From positions 14,592-78,591 of the forward strand of contig DASWKK010000098.1 in the NCBI GenBank assembly GCA_036396655.1: a DNA stretch of 64,000 nt, written 5' to 3'. Source of the DNA: Acidimicrobiia bacterium. GTDB lineage: Bacteria; Actinomycetota; Acidimicrobiia; Spongiisociales; ZC4RG35. The notes under the pieces were generated by a model. It was not told the origin of the DNA. It saw nothing but the letters and a program-made list of their open reading frames with translations, and made no database searches. This document shows positions 9,588-17,637 of the stretch, piece after piece; position 1 is the first letter of the stretch; every line of letters starts with the position of its first letter. The position numbers were made by a program, and so were the translations under genes.

Positions 9588-10280
9588 ATGGCCGATGGTG
9601 CGGTTGTGATCATTGGGGGTACCGGTGGGATGGGGCGTGAGCTCGCCGTCCACTACCTGGAGAAGGGGCGCAACGTCGTTGTAACCGGCCGGGACGCCGA
9701 GAAGGCTCGAGCCGTCGCCTCCGAGTTGGGTGAGAACGCCAGCGGAATCGGATTCAACTTGGCCCGACCAGAGACAATCGCATCGGCGCTTGCCGACCTT
9801 GGACCCGTGGACAGGCTGGTGCTGTCTGCCATCGACCGAGACAACAATCCGGTGCGGGAGTACAACTACGAGAGTGCCACCAATCTGGCGACGATGAAGA
9901 TCGTCGGATACACCGAGACCGTTCACGCCCTCATCCCGAATCTCTCCGACGACAGCTCGGTGGTGCTGTTCGGTGGGCGGGCAAAGGACAGGCCTTACCC
10001 TGGATCGACCACGGTTACCGCGGTAAACGGCGCCGTCGCCACCATGATCACCACCCTGGCGATAGAGCTGGCCCCGATCCGGTTCAACGCGATTCATCCC
10101 GGCATCGTGGGTGACAGCCCGTTTTGGGAAGGAAAGGCCCTCGACGCCATCCTGGCCCGGACCCCGACCAATCGGCTTGCCACCATGAGCGACGTCGTCG
10201 ACGCCACAGTGTTTCTGTTGGAGAACCGCTCGGTGAACGGAGTCAACCTGTACGTAGACGGTGGCTGGCTGCTCATGTAG
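9588..10280 (+). CDS. SDR-family oxidoreductase
   Basis: IIGGTGGMGRE nucleotide-binding motif. GAGGAG lies 8 nt before ATG 9588. TTG 9585 is the alternative start. Confidence 0.8.
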   Translation: MADGAVVIIGGTGGMGRELAVHYLEKGRNVVVTGRDAEKARAVASELGENASGIGFNLARPETIASALADLGPVDRLVLSAIDRDNNPVREYNYESATNLATMKIVGYTETVHALIPNLSDDSSVVLFGGRAKDRPYPGSTTVTAVNGAVATMITTLAIELAPIRFNAIHPGIVGDSPFWEGKALDAILARTPTNRLATMSDVVDATVFLLENRSVNGVNLYVDGGWLLM

Positions 10281-10328
10281 CGCCGGAGTCGGGCGCCCTA
10301 ACCTCGCTCCACATGGAGGAGCCGTGAA

Positions 10329-10955
10329 ATGACTGAGGAACTCGACGGCATTGGCGGCCGGCTCCGCGCAGAGCGCACCAAAGCGGGTATCAGCCAGCGC
10401 GAACTGGCGAGACGGCTCGGGCTTTCGGCCAGTCTCATCTCCCAACTGGAAAGCGGTCTCTCCAAACCGTCGGTGGGAACCCTCTACGCCATTGTCACCG
10501 AGCTCGACGTCTCACTCGACAAGCTGCTTCGAGGCAACGAGCATCTAGGCCCCGACGATTCGAGCCCCGACCGGGCCGACGACTTCGAACGTCCAAGCCC
10601 TCTGGTCCACCCCGAACAGCGAAAGTCCATCGACCTGGCTTCCGGGGTGCGCTGGGAACAGCTCACCTCCGACACCGAGGAGGGAGTGGACTTCCTCCAT
10701 GCGATTTACGAAGTGGGTGGGGCGTCCACGCCCGACGAGTCGCTGATGAGACATCACGGGCGCGAGTACGGATATGTCATTTCGGGCAGAATGGGTATCC
10801 AGCTTGGCTTCGACTTCTACGAGCTGAACCCCGGAGACTCGATCGCGTTCGACTCCACCAAACCGCACCGACTCTTCAACATCGGCGACGAGCCGGTCAA
10901 CGCCATCTGGTTCGTAGCCGGCCGCGGTGCGGATGATCGCTCACCCTCAGTCTGA
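10329..10955 (+). CDS. XRE-family HTH regulator with C-terminal cupin domain
   Basis: ISQRELARRLGLSASLISQLESG HTH, and a cupin block GDSIAFDSTKPHRLFN. Confidence 0.85.
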   Translation: MTEELDGIGGRLRAERTKAGISQRELARRLGLSASLISQLESGLSKPSVGTLYAIVTELDVSLDKLLRGNEHLGPDDSSPDRADDFERPSPLVHPEQRKSIDLASGVRWEQLTSDTEEGVDFLHAIYEVGGASTPDESLMRHHGREYGYVISGRMGIQLGFDFYELNPGDSIAFDSTKPHRLFNIGDEPVNAIWFVAGRGADDRSPSV

Positions 10956-11001
10956 CCAGCCCGGCAGGAGACTGATCGACGATCGCCACCTGTAGCGTGA
11001 A

Positions 11002-12063
11002 GTGATGAACAGAGACCCGATCAGCCGGGCACACGTGCTCGTCACCGGGGTCTCCGGATTCATCGCGTCACACATCGTCGAACAGCTGCTCGAATCCGGA
11101 CATCGGGTGCGGGGCACGGTTCGTGATACCGAGAAAACCCGGGCCGCAGGTCATGTCATGGGTTTGGCCGGAGCCGCCGAAGGTCTCGAGCTGGTTCAAG
11201 CGGATCTACTGAGCCCCGACTCTTTCGACGATGCAGTCCTCGGATGCGAGTATTTGATCCACACTGCGTCACCGTATGTGGTCGATGTCGAGGACCCACA
11301 GCGCGATCTCGTCGACCCGGCGGTCAACGGCACGATGGCCCTGCTGGGAGCAGCTACCCGAGCAGGAGGGGTGAAGCGGGTGGTTCTCACCTCCTCGGTG
11401 GCCGCGATAACCGATCAGGCCGATGGGCATGTCAACACCGAGGAGGATTGGAACACACGGTCGTCCCTCACCAGGAACCCCTACTACTACTCCAAGCTCC
11501 TCGCCGAGCGGGCTGCCTGGGAGTTCATGGACAACCACCAGACGAGTTTCGATCTGGTCGTGATCAACCCTTTCCTTGTCATCGGCCCCTCCTTGGTGCC
11601 CGGCGTCAATGCCAGCGCCAGGTCTCTGGTCGCTCTGACCAATGGTGGGATGCCGGGAATCCTGGCCCTGGACTGGCCGCTGGTAGATGTGCGCGACGTG
11701 GCCAGAGCCCACATCCTCGCAATGAAGAAAGGGGAGGCGTCAGGCCGTTACATAGTGGCCGCCGAGTCACGCACGGTGCGCCAGGTGGTAGAGCTCTTAC
11801 GGTCCCACGGGTGGAGTGAGCGGTACCGGCTGCCATCGCTGGGTCTCGACTCCGGCATCGGAGTTGGCCTCACCCGCTTGGCAGCCAACTTTCAATCGGC
11901 GGGCACCCGGTCGTATCTCAAGACCCACCTCGGCGGGGAGATGCGATTTAACAACTCCAAGGTCCGCAAGGAGTTGGGACTGGTGTTCAGGGACGTCGAC
12001 CAGACGATTCTCGACACCATGGAGGATCTCGATCGCTGGGGCTATCTCGGCAGAAAGCGATAG
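11002..12063 (+). CDS. NAD-dependent epimerase/dehydratase family (aldehyde/dihydroflavonol reductase-like)
   Basis: VTGVSGFIASHIV Rossmann motif and the YYYSK catalytic motif. Confidence 0.85.
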   Translation: MMNRDPISRAHVLVTGVSGFIASHIVEQLLESGHRVRGTVRDTEKTRAAGHVMGLAGAAEGLELVQADLLSPDSFDDAVLGCEYLIHTASPYVVDVEDPQRDLVDPAVNGTMALLGAATRAGGVKRVVLTSSVAAITDQADGHVNTEEDWNTRSSLTRNPYYYSKLLAERAAWEFMDNHQTSFDLVVINPFLVIGPSLVPGVNASARSLVALTNGGMPGILALDWPLVDVRDVARAHILAMKKGEASGRYIVAAESRTVRQVVELLRSHGWSERYRLPSLGLDSGIGVGLTRLAANFQSAGTRSYLKTHLGGEMRFNNSKVRKELGLVFRDVDQTILDTMEDLDRWGYLGRKR

Positions 12064-12072
12064 CCTGAGCCC

Positions 12073-12324
12073 GTGGAGCATCACGCAGATTTTGCTATCA
12101 CGGTCAGCCGGAAGCTGGACGTCGAGACCAGCGCCGACCCCGGAGATGGCAAACCGGCGATCGCCGGTCGGGTGATCGCTCTCGGTTGGTGGGTCGACTC
12201 CGGGACAGCGCACGATCCCGAGCATGTCGCTTCGGGCACCCTCTATCTGGTGGCCGACCAACGTCGCACGCGCCCCTATTGGGTCAAGCAGTCCGATCTC
12301 ACCGCGATCCGGTTGGTCGAATAG
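12073..12324 (+). CDS. hypothetical small protein (83 aa)
   Basis: GTG-initiated ORF with reasonable GC3 in an otherwise empty gap. Overlaps the convergent neighbour by 26 nt. No family recognised. Confidence 0.35.
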   Translation: MEHHADFAITVSRKLDVETSADPGDGKPAIAGRVIALGWWVDSGTAHDPEHVASGTLYLVADQRRTRPYWVKQSDLTAIRLVE

Positions 12325-13663
12325 GCGCCTCGGGCCGGCTCTGAGGCCCTATCCGGCTGATCTCGTAATGGAGAACGAGGAAAACCGATCCGGCCAGGGT
12401 GAACCGATGCTCGGTCTTCAGCTCCCCGTCGATCACGAATACGTCGATCTCCTCGCCAAATGCCCTCAGTTGAAGAGTGGTCAACTCGCCAGTGGGCTCG
12501 ATGAACGACAGGTAGTGACCAGCGTGTGGGGCATCGGCGTGCGATCGGAGCCGAAGACCGTCGCCGAGATGATTGGATGGCAGCAGGGTCGCGGTGAAGT
12601 TGGCGGTCGGTAGGGGGAAACCCACGGCCACATAGGGAACGCCTTCGACCTCCTGGACGGTGTAGATGCCGACGTACAGCGGCTCGCCATCCTGGTATGC
12701 ACGAATCCAAGCGCGGAAGTCGGCTCGCTCATCGCCGTCGACATCAATGGTGTCGATCCACGAGACGACCCCTCTCTGCACCTCTTCGATCTCGAAGGGC
12801 GCATTGGCCTGACCTAGCGGTCGCGCCACCGTGCGGCGGTAGACCAGGTAGGGAAGACGCATCCAGGGCCGCCACTGCGGGATGATCGAAAGGGTGAACC
12901 TGCTGGTGTGCTCGTAGAACTCCCTCACCAGGGGATGGGTCATGTCAGGCTCAAAGCTCGGTCCGCGGAGAAGGTCGAGGCTCTCGATAATCCCGATGCC
13001 CTCCGGGTTGCGGGTGAACGTGGCCCCGACGGTCAGGGCATAGCGCTCCAGATAATCGACGCCCACGTAGCCGGTCGCCTCAGCAAAAGGGACCACATAT
13101 CGTGCTTCCGTCTGGGTCATCCGCTCGCCCATGATCCGGACCTGATCACGGCCTCGCCACCACCATCCGGCGAGAGAGCGGTAAATCAGGACGGTGAGAG
13201 CGACCGGCAAACCCCAACCAAAATCCCATGCCGTGAGATCGAATCCGACGCCGACAACGACGCCGACCCCGGCGCCGAGCAGCAGCTTGACCGGCCGGAA
13301 ACCAATCGCCCCCGCCAACGCACCGATCGAGGTCGCCGGAACCCAAGCCGGCCAGTCGGGGAGGACGAGTTCCAGCAACCATCCGACAATGGCGGCCAGG
13401 GCCACCGAGGCGGCGATTCGGATCCCGATCGGCTGTGGCCTCCCGGGAATACGCCGCGCATCCGCCCAAGCCGACACCAACCCGAGCGCTACAGCCCCGA
13501 CGATCATTGCCGGGAGTGGTCCCCGACTCGAGGCCGAACTGATGGCAGCTCCCCCTCCCGCTCCGATCAGGCCGCCGGCGATTCCTGCGGCCGCTACCTG
13601 ACCGGGGGTCCGAGTCGACGCGGGTTGCGGGAGGCTCTTCGATCCAATGCCATTCTCAGCCAA
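12299..13663 (-). CDS. membrane protein with a large C-terminal soluble domain (possibly DUF4166-like)
   Basis: The N-terminal half is Gly/Ala-rich TM helices and the C-terminal half is beta-rich. Its start overlaps the stop of the upstream gene by 8 nt. Confidence 0.7.
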   Translation of the reverse strand: MAENGIGSKSLPQPASTRTPGQVAAAGIAGGLIGAGGGAAISSASSRGPLPAMIVGAVALGLVSAWADARRIPGRPQPIGIRIAASVALAAIVGWLLELVLPDWPAWVPATSIGALAGAIGFRPVKLLLGAGVGVVVGVGFDLTAWDFGWGLPVALTVLIYRSLAGWWWRGRDQVRIMGERMTQTEARYVVPFAEATGYVGVDYLERYALTVGATFTRNPEGIGIIESLDLLRGPSFEPDMTHPLVREFYEHTSRFTLSIIPQWRPWMRLPYLVYRRTVARPLGQANAPFEIEEVQRGVVSWIDTIDVDGDERADFRAWIRAYQDGEPLYVGIYTVQEVEGVPYVAVGFPLPTANFTATLLPSNHLGDGLRLRSHADAPHAGHYLSFIEPTGELTTLQLRAFGEEIDVFVIDGELKTEHRFTLAGSVFLVLHYEISRIGPQSRPEAPIRPTGSR

Positions 13664-14039
13664 GCCGGGAGAAGAAGTCCGTTATGGCCTGAGTGTCGTC
13701 GGAGAACGCCCAGCGCTCGGTGACCTTCCCGTCTCTGACGTGGGCGATCTCGGCGGTCCGATAGGTGAAGGATGAGTCGCCGACCGTGACCGTCGCGGTG
13801 ACCAGCCCCACAAGGTGCTCGTCATTGGCGACGACATCGTGCAACTCCACCTCGAAGGCCACGTCCTCCATGGCCTGCATCGACTGAAGGAGCGCCTCCT
13901 TGCCCCGGATTGGCTCGGCGACGCCGATCTGCCACCAAACCACATCGTCGGCTATGGATTCGGCAAAGGCAGTGGTATCTCCTTGGCTGAATCTCTCCAT
14001 GACCTGTCGATACAAGGCAGCATTGGGATGCTCGCTCAT
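13656..14039 (-). CDS. SnoaL/NTF2-like fold protein
   Basis: 127 aa with a typical SnoaL-like N-terminus (NAALYRQVMERFSQGD). GAGGAGG SD upstream. Confidence 0.75.
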   Translation of the reverse strand: MSEHPNAALYRQVMERFSQGDTTAFAESIADDVVWWQIGVAEPIRGKEALLQSMQAMEDVAFEVELHDVVANDEHLVGLVTATVTVGDSSFTYRTAEIAHVRDGKVTERWAFSDDTQAITDFFSRLG

Positions 14040-14241
14040 GATTCCTCCTCTGAAATGGAGCGATCCTCAGGAACCTACCAGTGGTCTGTCGCTGAAATAG
14101 GGCGAGGGTGTCTCCGAGTCATCGGCGTGATCTGGCAAGGAGAAAAGCGCAGTCGCAGTCGGGGCCCGCGTCGAGCATTTTGGACGCAGCCAGGCGCGTC
14201 GAGGGCCGGAGAGACACCGCCAGTATTTCTGCGACGGGCCA

Positions 14242-14422
14242 CTAGTGCCCGGTCCGGCAGATCATGCTCGTATTTCACCGGCCCTTGTCCCCCCTGGCGG
14301 CATCCTCGTCCTTGACGAACGGCCCAGTGCGCCTGCGTCCTGCGTCTTTGCCAGGAACGACAATTGCTCGCCGAAATAACAAGCGAATCCACCGGACCGG
14401 ACACTAGGCGAGAATCGCACCA
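14242..14422. repeat. copy A of a two-copy hairpin-forming intergenic element (structured RNA or MITE-like)
   Basis: The reverse complement of 14242-14407 aligns without gaps to 39943-40108. Terminal inverted repeats are CTAGTGCCCGGTCCGG / CCGGACCGGACACTAG. Confidence 0.8.
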
Positions 14423-14475
14423 TCGCTTCCGACCGTTTACCCCGACTGCGCAGGATCTGCACCGCTCTCCCTTCG

Positions 14476-14784
14476 GTGGAGGAGCGCCCCAGCCACGGAG
14501 AACCATCGTGGTTCGTAGCGGGAAAACGGATGTTCGTCACGTACGCCGAGCACCATCATGACGATCGGGTCGCAATTTGGGGTGCCGCTCCCGAGGGGAT
14601 GCAACCGACACTGGTCGAATCCGATCCCGAGCATTACTTCGTCCCCCCGTATGTTGGAGGACGCGGGTGGGTCGGGTACTACCTCGACGGGGCGGTCGAC
14701 TGGGACGAGGTGAACGAGCTGGTCCTCGATGCGTTTCTGACAGTGGCACCGGCTCGGCTCGCGGCTCTCGTCAAAAGTGACTGA
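14476..14784 (+). CDS. MmcQ/YjbR-family protein
   Basis: EPSWFVAGKRMF...GRGWVGYYLDG is typical of YjbR-like proteins. The GTG start is uncertain (see findings). Confidence 0.75.
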   Translation: MEERPSHGEPSWFVAGKRMFVTYAEHHHDDRVAIWGAAPEGMQPTLVESDPEHYFVPPYVGGRGWVGYYLDGAVDWDEVNELVLDAFLTVAPARLAALVKSD

Positions 14785-14787
14785 GGC

Positions 14788-15219
14788 TCACTGGACACAG
14801 AACCAGTTTCCTCCCGGATCGATCATCTCGATCCAGTACTCGCCCGCGATCCCAGTCGCCTCCCTCTTGAAGCGGGCCCCAAGCGCCTCGAGTCTGGCCC
14901 TCTCCTCAGCGAGGAGGTCGAGTCGCTCCTCGTCGGTGGCATTCGCCCCAATCACATTGACGTCGATGTGAACGCGCTGATTCGGCTCGCCCCCGTCGTA
15001 TCGCTCGAAGAGAAAACGCGGCCCGATTCCGTCGGGATCGATCACGGCGCCGATGTCGTTGAGGTTGGCCTCTGGAATCCCGATGGCGTCGGCGAAATCG
15101 TGCCACGTGTCGAATCCCTCGGGCGGCGGCTCCGGGATGTACCCCAGGGCCGACGCCCAGAACTCCACCAGACGTGAGGGATCTTCACAGGCGATGACGA
15201 CTTGGATCGAATGGCTCAT
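14788..15219 (-). CDS. VOC/glyoxalase-like domain protein
   Basis: VEFWASALGY...PRFLFERY...VHIDV...DPGGNWFCV pattern. Confidence 0.8.
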   Translation of the reverse strand: MSHSIQVVIACEDPSRLVEFWASALGYIPEPPPEGFDTWHDFADAIGIPEANLNDIGAVIDPDGIGPRFLFERYDGGEPNQRVHIDVNVIGANATDEERLDLLAEERARLEALGARFKREATGIAGEYWIEMIDPGGNWFCVQ

Positions 15220-15260
15220 CCGCCGAACCTACCGCGCGGTCTACGAATGGGATGCCGGCC

Positions 15261-15443
15261 TCAGGCAGCCAGCGACGCCAGCTCCTGGGCTGTCTCACGA
15301 TCGAGCTCGAACTCGTCGATCAGGCACTCCACCACCTCATCGATCTCAAGACCGTTCTTCTCCAGATAGATCACGGCCCGACTGGCGAAATCGAAGTCCG
15401 CCGGCTCGGGGTTGGTCATATGCTCAAGGGAGTTGACAGTCAT
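15261..15443 (-). CDS. small acidic hypothetical protein (60 aa)
   Basis: ATG 15443 is preceded by AGGAGG with a 6-nt spacer. The longer 166-aa ORF upstream of it is low-complexity. Confidence 0.55.
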   Translation of the reverse strand: MTVNSLEHMTNPEPADFDFASRAVIYLEKNGLEIDEVVECLIDEFELDRETAQELASLAA

Positions 15444-15533
15444 ACGGGACCTCCTTTGCATCTCACCCTTACCCATCACCGGGTGAAGGAAAACGGCCGC
15501 GCTCCGTGGCAGCATCCTCGGTAGGTTCGACGG

Positions 15534-15865
15534 ATGGGCCCATCTGGACCTGGCTGGTTGGTAACCAAGCTCGACGACGGAAACGGTGCCTTGGACGGGG
15601 TTCTCCAAGGCACGACCCTCACTCTCGCGTACGACGGCGAGCGGATAGCCGGATCTGCCGGGTGCAACAACTACACGGGGGCCGGCCACGATCGAGGACG
15701 AGGTCCGGATCGGACCGCTCGTTATGACCTCGATGATGTGCGCCGAGCCGGAAGGGATCATGGAGCAGGAGAAGAGATTTCTCGATCTTCTCCAGCAAGC
15801 GGACTCGGTTCACTCCGATGGCGAACTGCTCCAGCTGGGGCGCGGGGGGCGAGTGTTGGCAGTGA
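15534..15865 (+). pseudogene. META-domain (HslJ-like) gene interrupted by a frameshift
   Basis: WLVTKLDDG...RIAGSAGCNNYTG is in one frame. IGPLVMTSMMCAEPEGIMEQEKRFLDLL is in the next frame. The switch lies at the G5 run 15677-15681. Confidence 0.55.
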
Positions 15866-15912
15866 TGATCCCGATGGGCATAGTCGTACCCTGGTCTGGC
15901 GAGAACCAACCG

Positions 15913-16974
15913 TCAGCCCACAACCCTCAATCCGGGCTCGGGCAGCTCGCGGACCCTCTCTTCGATAGGGACGAGCCCTTCCACGTGTTCACGCCCGGTT
16001 TGCTCGCTCATCCGGGCGAGCTGTGGTGCCACCCTGCTCCCCCACGACCCGATCGCCCCGTTGTAGGCGCACACCGCATTGGTCAATCCGGCCCCCACCC
16101 CCTGAAGGTGGGAAGCAAAAGTGGTCATCCGCTTGTGCAACTCCCGGGCGTCCTCGAGAATCTGATCGGCCTGTTGCAGTGCCTTGAACTCGGTGAGGAG
16201 GGAGGCGACATTCAACAGCAGCGCATAAAGGGCGCTCGGCCCGGCAATGATCACCCTCATCGCCATCAACCGATCGAGGAGCTCGGGATGAGCCGACGCC
16301 GAAGCCTCGTAAACCGCCTGTGACGGGAGATACATCACGACATACCCACCCGAGGCCATGTCGGCATATCCCTTGGTGGCCAAGGTCTTGCCCACCCGCT
16401 CCAGCTCTTTGCCCTGCTCCATGAGCAAGCGAAGACGACGATCGGGGTCCTCCTCCCGCAAAGCCTCGGCGAACCGCGCCACGGGGAACTTGGCATCGAT
16501 CACGATGTTCCGGCCACCCGGGAGGTGAACGACGGCATCGGGCTGGATCTCCCCACCACTCATCTGCAACGTGAAGTCTCGACCTTCGACCAAGCCCCCC
16601 TGTTCGAACACCCGCTTCATGCTGATCTCGGCCCACCCTCCCCGGGCACGGTCGTTGGTGAACAGCGATGTGATCCCCTGCATCTGAGCCCCGATCCCAC
16701 GAACCTGCTCATCCAGGGCCGCCTCGCGACCGGTTACCGACTGCTGGAGAGCGGCGAGCTTGGCGTCGAGCTGTTCGACCTGAGCCCCCAACGCCCCATC
16801 GCGGCCGGCGAGAGCCGTCTGCATCTCCTCCAGACGGCGCGCCATGTCCGGCGTCGAAGCCAAAGGATCGATCGTGGTCCGTCGGCTCCTGGTCACGAGC
16901 ACCGCGATGGCGACCAGAACCACACCTATCACCGACGCGGTCGCGATCACAATGGCCAAAGTCTCAGTAGTCAT
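15913..16974 (-). CDS. rmuC: DNA recombination protein RmuC
   Basis: N-terminal TM helix, a coiled coil, and an RmuC-type C-terminal domain. ATG 16974 chosen (MTTETLAIVI...). Confidence 0.85.
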   Translation of the reverse strand: MTTETLAIVIATASVIGVVLVAIAVLVTRSRRTTIDPLASTPDMARRLEEMQTALAGRDGALGAQVEQLDAKLAALQQSVTGREAALDEQVRGIGAQMQGITSLFTNDRARGGWAEISMKRVFEQGGLVEGRDFTLQMSGGEIQPDAVVHLPGGRNIVIDAKFPVARFAEALREEDPDRRLRLLMEQGKELERVGKTLATKGYADMASGGYVVMYLPSQAVYEASASAHPELLDRLMAMRVIIAGPSALYALLLNVASLLTEFKALQQADQILEDARELHKRMTTFASHLQGVGAGLTNAVCAYNGAIGSWGSRVAPQLARMSEQTGREHVEGLVPIEERVRELPEPGLRVVG

Positions 16975-17053
16975 GTCTCGATCCTCACTTCTGGGACGCT
17001 TCGTTGAGTGCCCTGCCGTCATGCTCCCAGCGGGGTGTGACAAATCGCGGATC

Positions 17054-17059
17054 TAGTGT
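17054..17059 (+). promoter_or_regulatory. -10-like TAGTGT, 7 nt before ATG 17067 (leaderless-type geometry)
   Basis: TANNNT hexamer with no SD between it and the start codon. Confidence 0.3.
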
Positions 17060-17066
17060 CGGGACG

Positions 17067-17579
17067 ATGATCCACTCCGAGAACCCGTTCCAGCCCGAAC
17101 CGGCTGACCGGGATAACGCGCGACGATTCCGGGGACGTCTCCCCGCAGGTGTCACCATCGTCACCGCCGGAGCAGGAGCAGCTACCACCGGTCTCACGGT
17201 TTCCTCGTTGTTCGTGGTCGAAGGCGTGCCCGCCCTGGTCCATTTGGTGGTGGGCCCGACCACCGACCTCTGGACGTCGACCGCCGACACCGGGCGCTTC
17301 ATCGTCCACCTCTGCCGTTATGAGGACCATCGACTGGCCGAGGTGTTTGCCGGCCTATCACCTTCGCCTGGTGGCCTGTTCACGACCGTCGAGAGCACCC
17401 CCTCCGAGTGGGGTCCCGTCCTGACCGACCTGGGCGACCGTCTCTACTGCAGCTTCCTCACCCGGGAGGAAACCGGGTGGTCGGGTGTGGTGGTGGGCCA
17501 GGTCGATCGGGTCGAGGTGTCCGACCTCACCGACCCACTGATCCACTTCCGCAGTGGCTACCACCGGCTCATGCCGTAG
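17067..17579 (+). CDS. flavin reductase-like domain protein
   Basis: FRGRLPAGVTIVTAG...GLTVSSL is typical of the flavin reductase (FMN-binding split barrel) family. Confidence 0.8.
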   Translation: MIHSENPFQPEPADRDNARRFRGRLPAGVTIVTAGAGAATTGLTVSSLFVVEGVPALVHLVVGPTTDLWTSTADTGRFIVHLCRYEDHRLAEVFAGLSPSPGGLFTTVESTPSEWGPVLTDLGDRLYCSFLTREETGWSGVVVGQVDRVEVSDLTDPLIHFRSGYHRLMP

Positions 17580-17637
17580 CGAGCCGCGTCGGCGGTGCAC
17601 TGTGCTCCGACGGCTCAACCTATTAGCTTTCCTGCTC

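Noticed and set aside
14242-14422. The repeat element as a cobalamin riboswitch or 6S RNA
   Set aside because: One strand contains GGTGAAATA and GGGCACTAG, which vaguely recall the B12 core and B12 box. However, the conserved GCCACTG box and surrounding helices are absent, and that orientation has no downstream gene at copy B. The long-hairpin shape is 6S-like, but I cannot identify the central bubble or conserved 6S features. I left it as an unclassified element.
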